From a virus (Duplodnaviria > Heunggongvirae > Uroviricota > Caudoviricetes), in the IMG/VR virus record IMGVR_UViG_3300028898_000252, positions 285,946 to 349,945 of that record: 64,000 nt of DNA. The stretch is one strand, 5' to 3'. Below the pieces are notes generated by a model, which worked only from the letters and a program-made list of their open reading frames with translations, did not search any database and was not told where the DNA came from. A program made the translations under genes and the position numbers. Position 1 is the stretch's first letter; every line of letters begins with the position of its first letter. This document shows positions 10,569 to 19,928 of the stretch, piece by piece.

Positions 10569-11678
10569 TTATCTTAAATTAGACAATCCTATTTTTTTAA
10601 TAGGAAAATCTGAGTATCTGCCTAAAGCACGTATAACAAAATCAAACATGGAGTTATCCAACGTTTGAGTTTCAAATAAATTTTCAATCTCTTCTGCTGG
10701 GGCTGCATCGAAACTATCTGTATAGTATGAGGTTCCATCAGTTAAAGTAATTTTAAAGATTTCGTTATAAGTATTTCTTCCAATTCTTTCAACCGAGGCA
10801 AGCTTATTCTTTAACATTGATTTCATATTTAAAAGTTTGCTTCGATCTGATTTAATAAAATCATATTCTGCTCCTAAAACACGCTCAAGATCTAAAATAT
10901 AGTCATGATAAACATCTTTTAATTCTGTACTTGCTTGTCCTTCTGCGCTTGAAAGCCGATTTTGTGTTGGTGAGTATGTTACGATCGCCTTTGCCTGATT
11001 TTTGTTATTGAACAATACCATAAGAGTTCTAAAATCGTCGGTGGACATAAGTCCAGCAGAACCACAGTTTTTCATTTGCTTACCAATTAAATCACATTTA
11101 GCACCACCATCAATCCATCGCCAACCATTCTCATATCGTTTAACAACTTTTCCAGGATCTTTAAATAATGATTTTTTATCGAGTTTGTCTTGGGCTTCTC
11201 TAAATTCTAGATCTTTGTATGGTTTTAAATCTGTTATAGATCCATTTAAAATTCCCTTTATTAGAGATCGATTAAAAAAAGGATCTTCCGTAAGATTCTT
11301 TTCAATTTCTTCTTTATATAAGCTTTTAAGCTTTTCAAGGTTTTGAGTTTTGTAGTTTTCTGGATTATAAGAGCTGCTCTCCATTCCATATTCCTGTCTT
11401 ATTTTATGGTATTCCTCAAAAGAAGAGCGCTCAAGAGCTTCATATGCTTCAACTAATCCATAAATATTCATTTTTCCATATGGGAAAAGTTTAAACGCAA
11501 GACGCCACCATTTATTTTCGTCTTTTCCTCCGCTATATTCTTTAAACCAGCGAGCTAATAAAAAAGCTTTGTTGTCAAACTTTTCGATAAAAATCGAGGC
11601 AACAACTTCAGGGAAACCCATTCCAACTAACAGCGATTTTGACGGCATTTCAAATATAAAAGATTTAAGTTCAAACAT
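10569..11678 (-). CDS. Hypothetical protein with LKSFIFE N-terminal peptide
   Basis: 369 aa; MFELKSFIFE; internal GKQMKNCG segment; TAATTA upstream. Confidence 0.75.
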   Translation of the reverse strand: MFELKSFIFEMPSKSLLVGMGFPEVVASIFIEKFDNKAFLLARWFKEYSGGKDENKWWRLAFKLFPYGKMNIYGLVEAYEALERSSFEEYHKIRQEYGMESSSYNPENYKTQNLEKLKSLYKEEIEKNLTEDPFFNRSLIKGILNGSITDLKPYKDLEFREAQDKLDKKSLFKDPGKVVKRYENGWRWIDGGAKCDLIGKQMKNCGSAGLMSTDDFRTLMVLFNNKNQAKAIVTYSPTQNRLSSAEGQASTELKDVYHDYILDLERVLGAEYDFIKSDRSKLLNMKSMLKNKLASVERIGRNTYNEIFKITLTDGTSYYTDSFDAAPAEEIENLFETQTLDNSMFDFVIRALGRYSDFPIKKIGLSNLR

Positions 11679-11717
11679 AACAAAAATAATTACTTTAAAT
11701 TTTTATATTTATGAAAT

Positions 11718-12458
11718 ATGTTAAGCATAAAGAAACTTATATTTGAAAATAACGACCCTCCAAAGATTCTTACATTAGAAGATGTGTTTGAATCATTTCA
11801 AGTTAAATATCCAGGAATATTAGAACAAGTTTCTGAAATAGATACAAAGGTTCCTTCTGGAAAAGAACATGTAGAAGTTAAACTTATTGAGGTTGATAAA
11901 CCTTATTTGATTACTTTGTTTTATGATCAAAAACAAGGCGAGTATGTTGTTAGAATCTTGGAACTCCAAGACGCAGAAAATGATGCAGAAAATAAAGACC
12001 CTTTTAAACTGTTTCACGTTCAAAACAGTTTTTCATCATTTATTGCTCTATACGAGTCACTAGACTTTCTTAAAAACAAAATTGTTGATGATATCGCTAA
12101 TTTATTTAAAAAAGCGGCACTCAGAGCAAAACTTATTAATAAATCACAACTTGACATTGAAAAAGAAATTGAACTTCTCTATAAACCTGCTTTTGAATCG
12201 CAAGGAATTAGTGTTGTGGACTTTAAAAAAATTGGGAAAGATTACAAAACAATTGAAATTTTAGGAGTGAAAAACGAAAAAGTGTTTATTTTGGATCTTG
12301 AAATTTTTAAAGATATGATTTCACCTAGAATTATGCCAGTTTCGAGAAAATCTTCTAAACAAATAATGCTTCCTACGATCTATATTATAAATAGATTTAA
12401 TGGAAACATGGAAGATGTTGTAAACCATCTTGCCGCTTTAGTTTCTAAAAACATTTAA
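11718..12458 (+). CDS. Paralogue family A protein (IFE N-terminus)
   Basis: MLSIKKLIFE; C-terminal similarity to the ORFs at 12455, 14264, 15090, 15945. Confidence 0.75.
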   Translation: MLSIKKLIFENNDPPKILTLEDVFESFQVKYPGILEQVSEIDTKVPSGKEHVEVKLIEVDKPYLITLFYDQKQGEYVVRILELQDAENDAENKDPFKLFHVQNSFSSFIALYESLDFLKNKIVDDIANLFKKAALRAKLINKSQLDIEKEIELLYKPAFESQGISVVDFKKIGKDYKTIEILGVKNEKVFILDLEIFKDMISPRIMPVSRKSSKQIMLPTIYIINRFNGNMEDVVNHLAALVSKNI

Positions 12459-13186
12459 AAATTAGTGTTTACAAAAAAGTCATATTGACTTTCAAGATAT
12501 CCAATCGCCCAATTTAAAGCCTTTTCAAAATCATACTCATAGTTCTTTAGATAAACACTCCCAGAAGTAAGATCGTCTTCTAAAAGTTCGCTCATTAAAG
12601 TTACTGTGAATTTATCTTCGAAAATTCTAACAACAAAACTAACGTACCTGTTTTTATTGTCATTAGCATCAACAAAAAAACTATTTCTATCAACAAGTTG
12701 ATCAGCTTCTATTATTTTAAATCCATGTTTTTTAAACACTTCAGCATGAAGTTTTTCAAATTCAGAAATAAAATCATGAGTTTCGCGGCCAAGCAGTTCT
12801 GTTTTTGTATATTTTTTAAACATTGAGAAAATAAAGTTCAAAGATTGTTCTTTAAGATCTTCAACACTGTCATAAAAGAAAATTTTCTCATCTGGCATTT
12901 GTCCTATCTCGGGTTTAGCTGGTCGAACTTCAATCACACCCTGATCGCTTTCAAGATATTCTGTATCGAAAAAAATATCAAGTAAAACAGTTCCATCATT
13001 AAGTGATACCTGTAATAAATATAAATCTTTTCTGTATTCGAAAAGAGGACGAATAACTTGGAGATTTTGAGTTTTCAGCTCTATCTCCGTAACAATGTCT
13101 TCAAAAATTTCAAAAATCGAAGACTTTTCTATTTTAGGTTTCGACTCTTCGAATATAAAAGACTTTATTTTTATAGAATTGTTCAT
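12455..13186 (-). CDS. Paralogue family A protein (IFE N-terminus)
   Basis: Start reassigned to MNNSIKIKSFIFE (ATG 13186), TAATTA upstream. Confidence 0.75.
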   Translation of the reverse strand: MNNSIKIKSFIFEESKPKIEKSSIFEIFEDIVTEIELKTQNLQVIRPLFEYRKDLYLLQVSLNDGTVLLDIFFDTEYLESDQGVIEVRPAKPEIGQMPDEKIFFYDSVEDLKEQSLNFIFSMFKKYTKTELLGRETHDFISEFEKLHAEVFKKHGFKIIEADQLVDRNSFFVDANDNKNRYVSFVVRIFEDKFTVTLMSELLEDDLTSGSVYLKNYEYDFEKALNWAIGYLESQYDFFVNTNF

Positions 13187-13194
13187 CAGTATTA

Positions 13195-13544
13195 TGTTTG
13201 TAATTATATCGATAGCGGTGCGCAATGATACAGTCAAACATTTTTTTAAAGAACTCATAGAAAGTATAGTATCTTGTTCAAATGGTTTGTTAACTTATTC
13301 AAACTTGAAACAAGTCAATAAACTTGAATCTGTTGATCTTAAACAAACTATGAATGAAAATAAAATATGGTTGATTCAGTTTAAAAATGACACATCTATT
13401 GGTGGGTGTTATACAGTTATGATTTCAGAACCTGGAACTGTAAAGTTTTACTATGAAGCATTTAACTTACTTGAGTTTCAAACCGAAGAAAATGTTTTGG
13501 CGGCGGTCGTTAATTTCATTATGAATTCTATTAGTTTAACATGA
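13195..13544 (+). CDS. Hypothetical protein (start uncertain)
   Basis: 3-prime part of ORF 13095..13544 fills the gap between two minus-strand genes. Confidence 0.45.
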
Positions 13545-13565
13545 TTTATTTATCATTAACTTATG

Positions 13566-14207
13566 TTAAGGAATAAAACTAAACTCAAATACTGAGTCGC
13601 TGCTAATATAAACTTCGTTTGCTAAAACGGTTTTAGAAATAATTCTGTAGGAGTTCCCAAGCGCTAAACGACCATGCTCAGCCGCATAAGGTTTATATAC
13701 CGTAACCCAATCTCCAGGGTTTATTTTGTAGTCTTTTGTTTCTTGCGGAGCGCCACCACCACCAAGAATTTTGTCATCGAGCTTTTCTATCTTTTGAGAT
13801 ATAAAACTGTAATACGCAGAAGGAGACTGAAACCCACGAACCACAACATCTTTTGGAAACTTTCCTGTTTTTGCCATGTATCTTTTTTGCTTCATCAGTA
13901 AATCAATTTCTTCTTGATAAGAAAGTTGTTTCGGAACGGCTCTGTATATTTTAACCAACGCTTCAGGTTTTCCTTTTAAAAAAAATAACAAACTTATTAT
14001 TTCTTCTTCGCCGCCTTGTCCAAAACTATATTCTTTTACAGAACGAGATAATGAGTCGTAAAAATCTTGTGGGTATGTTCCGTTTTTTGTTACATCCCAA
14101 ATTGGAGCACCAGATTCTTTTGTTGGTGCTTTATGACTTCCTCGGTAAGAAAAATCTCCATTTCTCTTTTCTTCAAAAATTACTTGTTTCAAACTTATTG
14201 TCATCAA
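13566..14207 (-). CDS. Putative ADP-ribosyltransferase-like internal head protein
   Basis: MTISLKQVIFE; VKIYRAVP..INPGDWVT..YAAEHG..SVFEFSF resembles R-S/T-E ART strand order. Confidence 0.5.
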   Translation of the reverse strand: MMTISLKQVIFEEKRNGDFSYRGSHKAPTKESGAPIWDVTKNGTYPQDFYDSLSRSVKEYSFGQGGEEEIISLLFFLKGKPEALVKIYRAVPKQLSYQEEIDLLMKQKRYMAKTGKFPKDVVVRGFQSPSAYYSFISQKIEKLDDKILGGGGAPQETKDYKINPGDWVTVYKPYAAEHGRLALGNSYRIISKTVLANEVYISSDSVFEFSFIP

Positions 14208-14263
14208 AACCTAAATAAGTAAGTTTAACTTAAATTGTTAAAATAGTTAACAAAGAGAAATAT

Positions 14264-15076
14264 ATGAAAAAATTAAAACCATTGCTTAAAAATTTTATTT
14301 GGTTTGAGCAAAGTTTTGCTCAAACCACTGATCCTCTTGAAGAACAACTTGAGTATTTAAAAATGGCAATTGAAAGAGTTTTTCTTGAAAATGATGGACT
14401 TGAATCTCTTGATGACCTAAAACAAAGTGGTGACAAAGAGTATGAATTTTCTTTTGTTTACCACGATGATCTTATCATCCAATTTGTTTTTCATATAAGA
14501 AAAAAACTTCAGGGGTTTTTCATCTCATCTTATCCAAGTGCCAAAAACAAAAATGCAAATGATAAAATAAAGCACATTGGTTTCTATGATGACGAGGACG
14601 AAATAACACTTGAACCAGAAAAAGAAGAAGAGTATATTGAAAAGCTCGTTAGTTTTATGACTAAATCAATAAAAACCAATGTAAACATATATGAAAATCT
14701 TGAGGAAAACCAGACAAGTATTGTTGATGAGTTTGTCGAAAACTATAAAGAAGCTTTCGCGGCAAAAAACATAAAAGTAACCGAAGATGTTTATATTCCA
14801 AAAACAAAAGCAAGTGTCGGAGTGTTTCCATTCTCTTTTAGAGCCTCATACAGACAACTTAAAGACATTGAGATTTTTGGCACCATTGAAACAAAAAGTC
14901 CAAGCATCGAAATAAGTGCAACAGTTCCTGGTGTTGGACAATTTATTATAGCAAGAAAATCATACATGGCAAAGTATGAAAACATGATGAGTAAAACTTT
15001 AGAATGGGTTACGAACAGAACCCAAAACATGCTAGACCAAGCAATAGCAGAATATATACAAAGACCGCGACAATAA
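14264..15076 (+). CDS. Paralogue family A protein
   Basis: MKKLKPLLKNFIWFE; EFVENYKEAF motif shared with 15090. Confidence 0.75.
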   Translation: MKKLKPLLKNFIWFEQSFAQTTDPLEEQLEYLKMAIERVFLENDGLESLDDLKQSGDKEYEFSFVYHDDLIIQFVFHIRKKLQGFFISSYPSAKNKNANDKIKHIGFYDDEDEITLEPEKEEEYIEKLVSFMTKSIKTNVNIYENLEENQTSIVDEFVENYKEAFAAKNIKVTEDVYIPKTKASVGVFPFSFRASYRQLKDIEIFGTIETKSPSIEISATVPGVGQFIIARKSYMAKYENMMSKTLEWVTNRTQNMLDQAIAEYIQRPRQ

Positions 15077-15089
15077 AAGGTAATAGATA

Positions 15090-15911
15090 ATGAGCCAAAA
15101 CGACAAACTGTTACACAAGTTTATCTTTCGATTAAATGAAGCTGAAAACCAATCGGGGCAACCTCCTCTAGATGATTCATCTGTAGATGACATAATAGAC
15201 AGGCTAATAGAAAGAATTTCTGTTCAACTCTTAAACAAAGACATTAACTTTCTAGATGTTGAAAAAAAAGTGCATGACGAAAATGAAACCACAACATACA
15301 CAATAACCTACGAACTTAGCGAAACCGTTGATCTTAAACTGTTGCTGGGTATAAGAGCCGTATCTCCGAAATATGCTTATATTCATTCTCTGTTAGCTCA
15401 CAAAGACCCAAATAGGTTTTCTAAAGAAAATGATCATCTTGTTCGTAGCTCAAACTTAAAAAGAATATACCTAAAATTATTCAAAAACCTTGAGGAAGAC
15501 TTGTTTAAGGAAAGCATGGACTTGCTTGAGTCAAACATCAATATTTATCGGCGGCTAAACGAAAACAGAAACCTTGATAAAGAATTCGAGGCAAACTACA
15601 AAGAAGCCCTTGAGTCAATGGACATAACTCCAAAGTCAATAAAGAAAATAACCAATAATCCAAACCTTGTTGCTGAATATAACATAAGTGTCTTCTTTTA
15701 TGAAGAAGAAGTAAGTTTAACTTTTAAAATAACCAAAACAGAAGTTTCCATAAATAATCGTTATAATAATGAATTGATTGCCTCAGAACAACTCGGCAAC
15801 CATAACTTTGACATGAAAGAAACACTCAAATCCCTTGCAAAAAAAATAGATAGATGGTTCATAAACACCTCCGCACAAAACCAAGAAAACTATAACAACT
15901 ACGAAGACTAG
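15090..15911 (+). CDS. Paralogue family A protein
   Basis: LLHKFIFRLNE; EFEANYKEAL. Confidence 0.75.
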   Translation: MSQNDKLLHKFIFRLNEAENQSGQPPLDDSSVDDIIDRLIERISVQLLNKDINFLDVEKKVHDENETTTYTITYELSETVDLKLLLGIRAVSPKYAYIHSLLAHKDPNRFSKENDHLVRSSNLKRIYLKLFKNLEEDLFKESMDLLESNINIYRRLNENRNLDKEFEANYKEALESMDITPKSIKKITNNPNLVAEYNISVFFYEEEVSLTFKITKTEVSINNRYNNELIASEQLGNHNFDMKETLKSLAKKIDRWFINTSAQNQENYNNYED

Positions 15912-15944
15912 TACTGAATAGATAATAGTTACTCCTGTATAACA

Positions 15945-16788
15945 ATGCCCGCAACAAACAATAAAAAAACTATCCATATCCAGATTCATCTTCTCAAGAA
16001 CTTTAAAAGAAAGTATTGAACTAGAAGGAAAAAAAGGAGAAGAAGAAGAAACCGATGGTGGATCTGTTGCTATCCTAAATCGACTAATAGAAAAACTTAA
16101 TATTAAGTTTCAAGATGAAATCGAATTCTTATCTACCTCAACGGTAAATGAAGGAACTAACTATATAACCCATATCATATCGTTTCAACTAAACGACCGA
16201 ACAACAAACCTTGAACTAACAATAAAAGAACCAGGCGAATACGAAAAAAAAGGAAAAAACGATATCTGGTATGTCATGTGCGAACTTTCAGATGAACCAG
16301 CATTTAGTAGCCCAATACGAAAAATGGCCGTTGTTGATGAACAACAAGGAGACGATGAACAAGAAAACCTTTTTGATGTTTCTGTATCCCTCATCCAAAA
16401 TAAACTCAAACAACACCTTATGCATAAAGAAGGTGCCGAAATAAAAAGACAGTTCGAAACATTCTTCAAGTCTCATCTGCAAGAAATTGAAATCTTTCCA
16501 ACCTCTGATCTTAAACTTGTTAAAGATGACTCCTCTGGAACAAACATTGATATAATGTATGGTTTAAAGGTTAGGTATAATGCCGAACCAGCTACTCTTA
16601 ATTTCTTTTTAAGAAACAATGTTTTAACATGTTATATAGAGTACCTAATAGAATACTACGGAACAGGTTTTCAAACAAGCACTCGCACGGTCTTTCTAGA
16701 CTATGACTACAACTTTAAAAATGCCTTCAAAGCCCTCGCCGAAAAAATAAAAGAAATCATGAACACACTGTATGCTCGCGAAGGTTAA
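15945..16788 (+). pseudogene. Paralogue family A gene with +1 frameshift in A7 run (15963-15969)
   Basis: ATG 15945 frame stops after 24 codons; the next frame is open 15943-16788 and resembles 15090 (NRLIEKL vs DRLIERI). Confidence 0.7.
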
Positions 16789-16895
16789 TAACTGTTTCTT
16801 TTTTTATATCATACTTTCATCATTCATAAAAATTTCCCAAAAAAATTTTTCCCACTTAATTGTGCAACTTCGGTTTCCTATTCCTCGAAATTTGT

Positions 16896-17114
16896 TTTAT
16901 AGCTATTGGGGGTCCTTTGTAAAAAAAATTTCTCCCCAAAAAAATTTTCTCTCCCTGTAATTTGTGGGTTAAAATGAAACTATAAAAGAGTTTAAAATAG
17001 GTTTTCCCAAAAAAAATTTCCCTCCCTGAAGAACGTGGATTCATAAAAAAGAAAACTTTATAGCTATTGGGGGTCCTTTGTAAAAAAATTTCTCCCCAAA
17101 AAAATTTTTTCTCC
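16896..17114. repeat. About 58-bp direct repeat (16896-16954, 17057-17114) in A/T-tract DNA at the left island edge
   Basis: TTTATAGCTATTGGGGGTCCTTTGTA(7-8)TTTCTCCCCA7TTTT..CTCC twice. Confidence 0.9.
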
Positions 17115-17253
17115 TGGGAGAACGTGGATTAGCACGGTATATGCCAGGAATTACTTCAAAAACCCCCTAAAACCGCCCCCTAGGGGCCTCGTTTTTAACC
17201 CCTTGTTTAAGCCAGGGCCCATTTGCGGGTTGAAACCCCAGGCCCTGTATCCA

Positions 17254-17778
17254 TTATGTGGTTTCGATTTTCTTAAAGTCGTCTCCGAATCGAATGCGCT
17301 CACTTGTAACGCATTCGTCTGAATACTTCGAGAGAATCTTTTCGACGGCATCAATTCGGAGGTTGATTGCCTCGAATGTTTCTGTGTAGCGGTGAACGCG
17401 GATTCTGCGAGCCGTACAGGAATAGTTGTTAATCCCTGAATACTTCAATTCGTTTCTGTAACCAGTCACCGCTACTGGTTTACCAATGGGAGTAAGATGC
17501 TCGACATTTTGCTCGCCGTAACGTTCCCAGAACAAGTTTCGCCAGGAATAGCCTGTGCCGTTATCTCCGCTTCCGTAGAGCAAGTCGACTGCCGACATAA
17601 TGAGGTTGCCGATATCGCTGCTCATATCGTTGCAGTTTTTTGGAATTCGTTTTTCTCTATTCGAGATAGGATAGTCAGCTTCGAACAATGCGTTGTGTTT
17701 CATTGCAATTATATCGAGTGCCAACTCGACGATGGTAGAATCGTCCTCGGGAGTAACCTCCGTGAGTTTGTTTTCCAT
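17254..17778 (-). CDS. Hypothetical protein (island cassette)
   Basis: 174 aa, GGGAG RBS, follows element 17824. Confidence 0.75.
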   Translation of the reverse strand: MENKLTEVTPEDDSTIVELALDIIAMKHNALFEADYPISNREKRIPKNCNDMSSDIGNLIMSAVDLLYGSGDNGTGYSWRNLFWERYGEQNVEHLTPIGKPVAVTGYRNELKYSGINNYSCTARRIRVHRYTETFEAINLRIDAVEKILSKYSDECVTSERIRFGDDFKKIETT

Positions 17779-17865
17779 TTGAAATTGTTTCTCCCTTCTG
17801 TCTATCTCTTAGCACAATCCACGAAGGTTTATTTACCTTGCGAGAAGTATGCCAAGGGAAAGATA

Positions 17866-17900
17866 GAAAAGAAAACGACCCTGAGTGTATCAGGGTGGTT
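17866..17900 (-). terminator. Intrinsic terminator
   Basis: ACCCTGA-TACAC-TCAGGGT then CGTTTTCTTTT. Confidence 0.6.
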
Positions 17901-17928
17901 CTCTCGAAACGATCAAAGCGAGTTTGAT

Positions 17929-18168
17929 TCAGGGTGCCCGCTCGAAAACGGTTTCATCGTTGCGTCGAATTCGGAACTCTGCTGCGCTCAGGTGAGCGAA
18001 AGAACCACCGCGCCCGAATTCGGGGTGGGTTCCGTTGACGAGTTGTTTTGCGTAGCGAGCATCCTGCGCGTCGCGAATGGTTGCAAAATCCAACCATTTG
18101 CCATCGCGCTTGATTTGCGCAACGTCATATTCCTTGAAGGTGTATTCCGCGGGCTGTGTTTTGTGCAT
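17929..18168 (-). CDS. Hypothetical protein (island cassette)
   Basis: 79 aa, GAGG RBS, follows element 18214. Confidence 0.7.
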   Translation of the reverse strand: MHKTQPAEYTFKEYDVAQIKRDGKWLDFATIRDAQDARYAKQLVNGTHPEFGRGGSFAHLSAAEFRIRRNDETVFERAP

Positions 18169-18249
18169 AGTTTGAATTCCTCTCTCTGTGAATATGGTTT
18201 ACCACAATTCTTGGAGGTTTATTTACCTTTCAAGAAGTATGCCAGTCGA

Positions 18250-18684
18250 TCAGTCTTCGCTGATATCCTCCTCTGCCATATCTTTCAGATATGATTCGAA
18301 CGAGGGAGCATTCCAATCACATCCGTATTCGTAGTCGCCTCCGCCCTCGTAATCTTCTCGGTTTTCTCGCCTTTTGATGCGATCGAGACATTCGTTGAGC
18401 GTATACTTGCGAAACGACCTGTTTTTTTCTTCGGAGTAGTTCCGCTCTTCGATTTCCAGCGAACGAAAATCGAGTTCAGACTCTTCGGTTTTGAGCCACA
18501 TTTCTTGCTCGTCTTCGAGGGTTTCGTCGATTCCCTCGGCGATTGCTTGCTTCTCGGTAACACCTTGCGGGTTGCTGAATCGCAAAGTCTTTTCTCTGCG
18601 GCTGTTACCGAGAATGCGGTTAAGGGTAAACCTATCGTCAATATCGAGACGAGCAACAAAACCGCGGCGATGGTTGGTTTTCAT
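18250..18684 (-). CDS. Hypothetical protein starting MKTNHRRGF
   Basis: ATG 18684 with GGAAGG RBS, follows element 18728. Confidence 0.7.
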   Translation of the reverse strand: MKTNHRRGFVARLDIDDRFTLNRILGNSRREKTLRFSNPQGVTEKQAIAEGIDETLEDEQEMWLKTEESELDFRSLEIEERNYSEEKNRSFRKYTLNECLDRIKRRENREDYEGGGDYEYGCDWNAPSFESYLKDMAEEDISED

Positions 18685-18769
18685 TCTGTTGATCCTTCCG
18701 TGGTTATCTCTTACCACGTTTGGCTCTGAATTATTTACCTTGCAGGGACCGTGCCATCGCGGATTCTGA

Positions 18770-18816
18770 AAATAAAAAATGGGCTACTCGGGTGCTGGTT
18801 AGGCACTCGGTAGCCC
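18770..18816 (-). terminator. Intrinsic terminator
   Basis: GGGCTAC-CGAGTGC..GCACCCGA-GTAGCCC then ATTTTTTATTTT. Confidence 0.75.
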
Positions 18817-19003
18817 GTGAGCGGAAACGGAATCTCCGTTTATTTGTGGATTGAAGGGAGCACGTCGCGCGCTCAACCTCGGTTGAAGGGTAGGAAACAA
18901 CAGCAAGAGCGACGAATAGGGTTGCGATTGTTTAGCTCCTCTCTGTGTTTAGGTTTAGCACACCCTTGAAGGAATTATTTTCCTTTCAAGAGATATGCCA
19001 GTG

Positions 19004-19129
19004 TTAGCGGTTGCCGTTTTTGAGGTTGAGGGTTTCGGTTGCCTTTGCGATCATTCCACCAGCGACGAGCGCGGCGAACATCATCACGAAGGCGAAAGCT
19101 GCCCCGTTGGCGAACGTGTTAGCGATCAT
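19004..19129 (-). CDS. 41-aa single-TM peptide (not in ORF track)
   Basis: MIANTFANGAAFAFVMMFAALVAGGMIAKATETLNLKNGNR; AAGGA upstream. Confidence 0.55.
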   Translation of the reverse strand: MIANTFANGAAFAFVMMFAALVAGGMIAKATETLNLKNGNR

Positions 19130-19259
19130 GGGTTTGTGTGGTTTCCTTTCGCTGGCGACGAATCACCGCTGCAACCTCAACGATGCTGTAGGTTGTGCGC
19201 GCGATGGCGAGAATCAACAGAACGATCATAGAGAAATGGTTGTCGATGGAGGGTTCCAT
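19119..19259 (-). CDS. 46-aa hydrophobic peptide (not in ORF track)
   Basis: MEPSIDNHFSMIVLLILAIARTTYSIVEVAAVIRRQRK...; GAGG RBS after element 19300. Confidence 0.6.
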   Translation of the reverse strand: MEPSIDNHFSMIVLLILAIARTTYSIVEVAAVIRRQRKETTQTHDR

Positions 19260-19338
19260 TTGTTTTCCTCTCTGTGAGTATGTCTTAACATACCATTGAA
19301 GGATTTATTTACCTTTCAAGAGGTGTGCCAAGGTTTCG

Positions 19339-19569
19339 TCACTGGTCGGAAGGAAACCAACCCTTCACAACGGCGTTGTGGGCAATTCCAAGACGAAACA
19401 CCTGGGATCGTACTCGAATGCCGCTCGAAGCATTGAACACCTTGATTGAGGCATTCAGGGCGTTTGGGGCGGCATTCAGAGCAGCGGCGAACGCCTCGTG
19501 TTCGGTTGCTCCGAAACCGCTAGCGCTCAGTCCCGTTTGATTACGGGTCCATCGAAATTTACCTTGCAT
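19339..19569 (-). CDS. Hypothetical protein
   Basis: 76 aa; TAATG coupling with upstream ORF. Confidence 0.6.
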   Translation of the reverse strand: MQGKFRWTRNQTGLSASGFGATEHEAFAAALNAAPNALNASIKVFNASSGIRVRSQVFRLGIAHNAVVKGWFPSDQ

Positions 19570-19781
19570 TAGTTCATCACCCTTTCAGGTGCGGTTGAGG
19601 GATCGTGACCGAGGTTGAAAGCGGAGCGAAACAACTGTGCTTGCTCGCGCGTATCCGTGAAATGATCGAACACGGCCCCAGTCACGTCGGAGCGAAAACG
19701 GACCCTCCACATTTCACGCGGCGGGCGTTGGTTGCGAAGAAAAAACGCCTTCAACTTTTCGAGAAGTAACTTGTCGAGCAT
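19569..19781 (-). CDS. Hypothetical protein
   Basis: 70 aa; GGAGG RBS; follows element 19846. Confidence 0.7.
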   Translation of the reverse strand: MLDKLLLEKLKAFFLRNQRPPREMWRVRFRSDVTGAVFDHFTDTREQAQLFRSAFNLGHDPSTAPERVMN

Positions 19782-19928
19782 GACAACCTCCGTTCTGTTT
19801 GACCGTTTCGAATTCCCTTGTGAGTATGTCTTATCACACTCAGTTAAGGTTTATTTACCTTTCACAAACCATGCCAAGCACAGTTTATGAAAACTTTGTT
19901 TTCAAGACCTATGCCAGACTTTTGCCGC

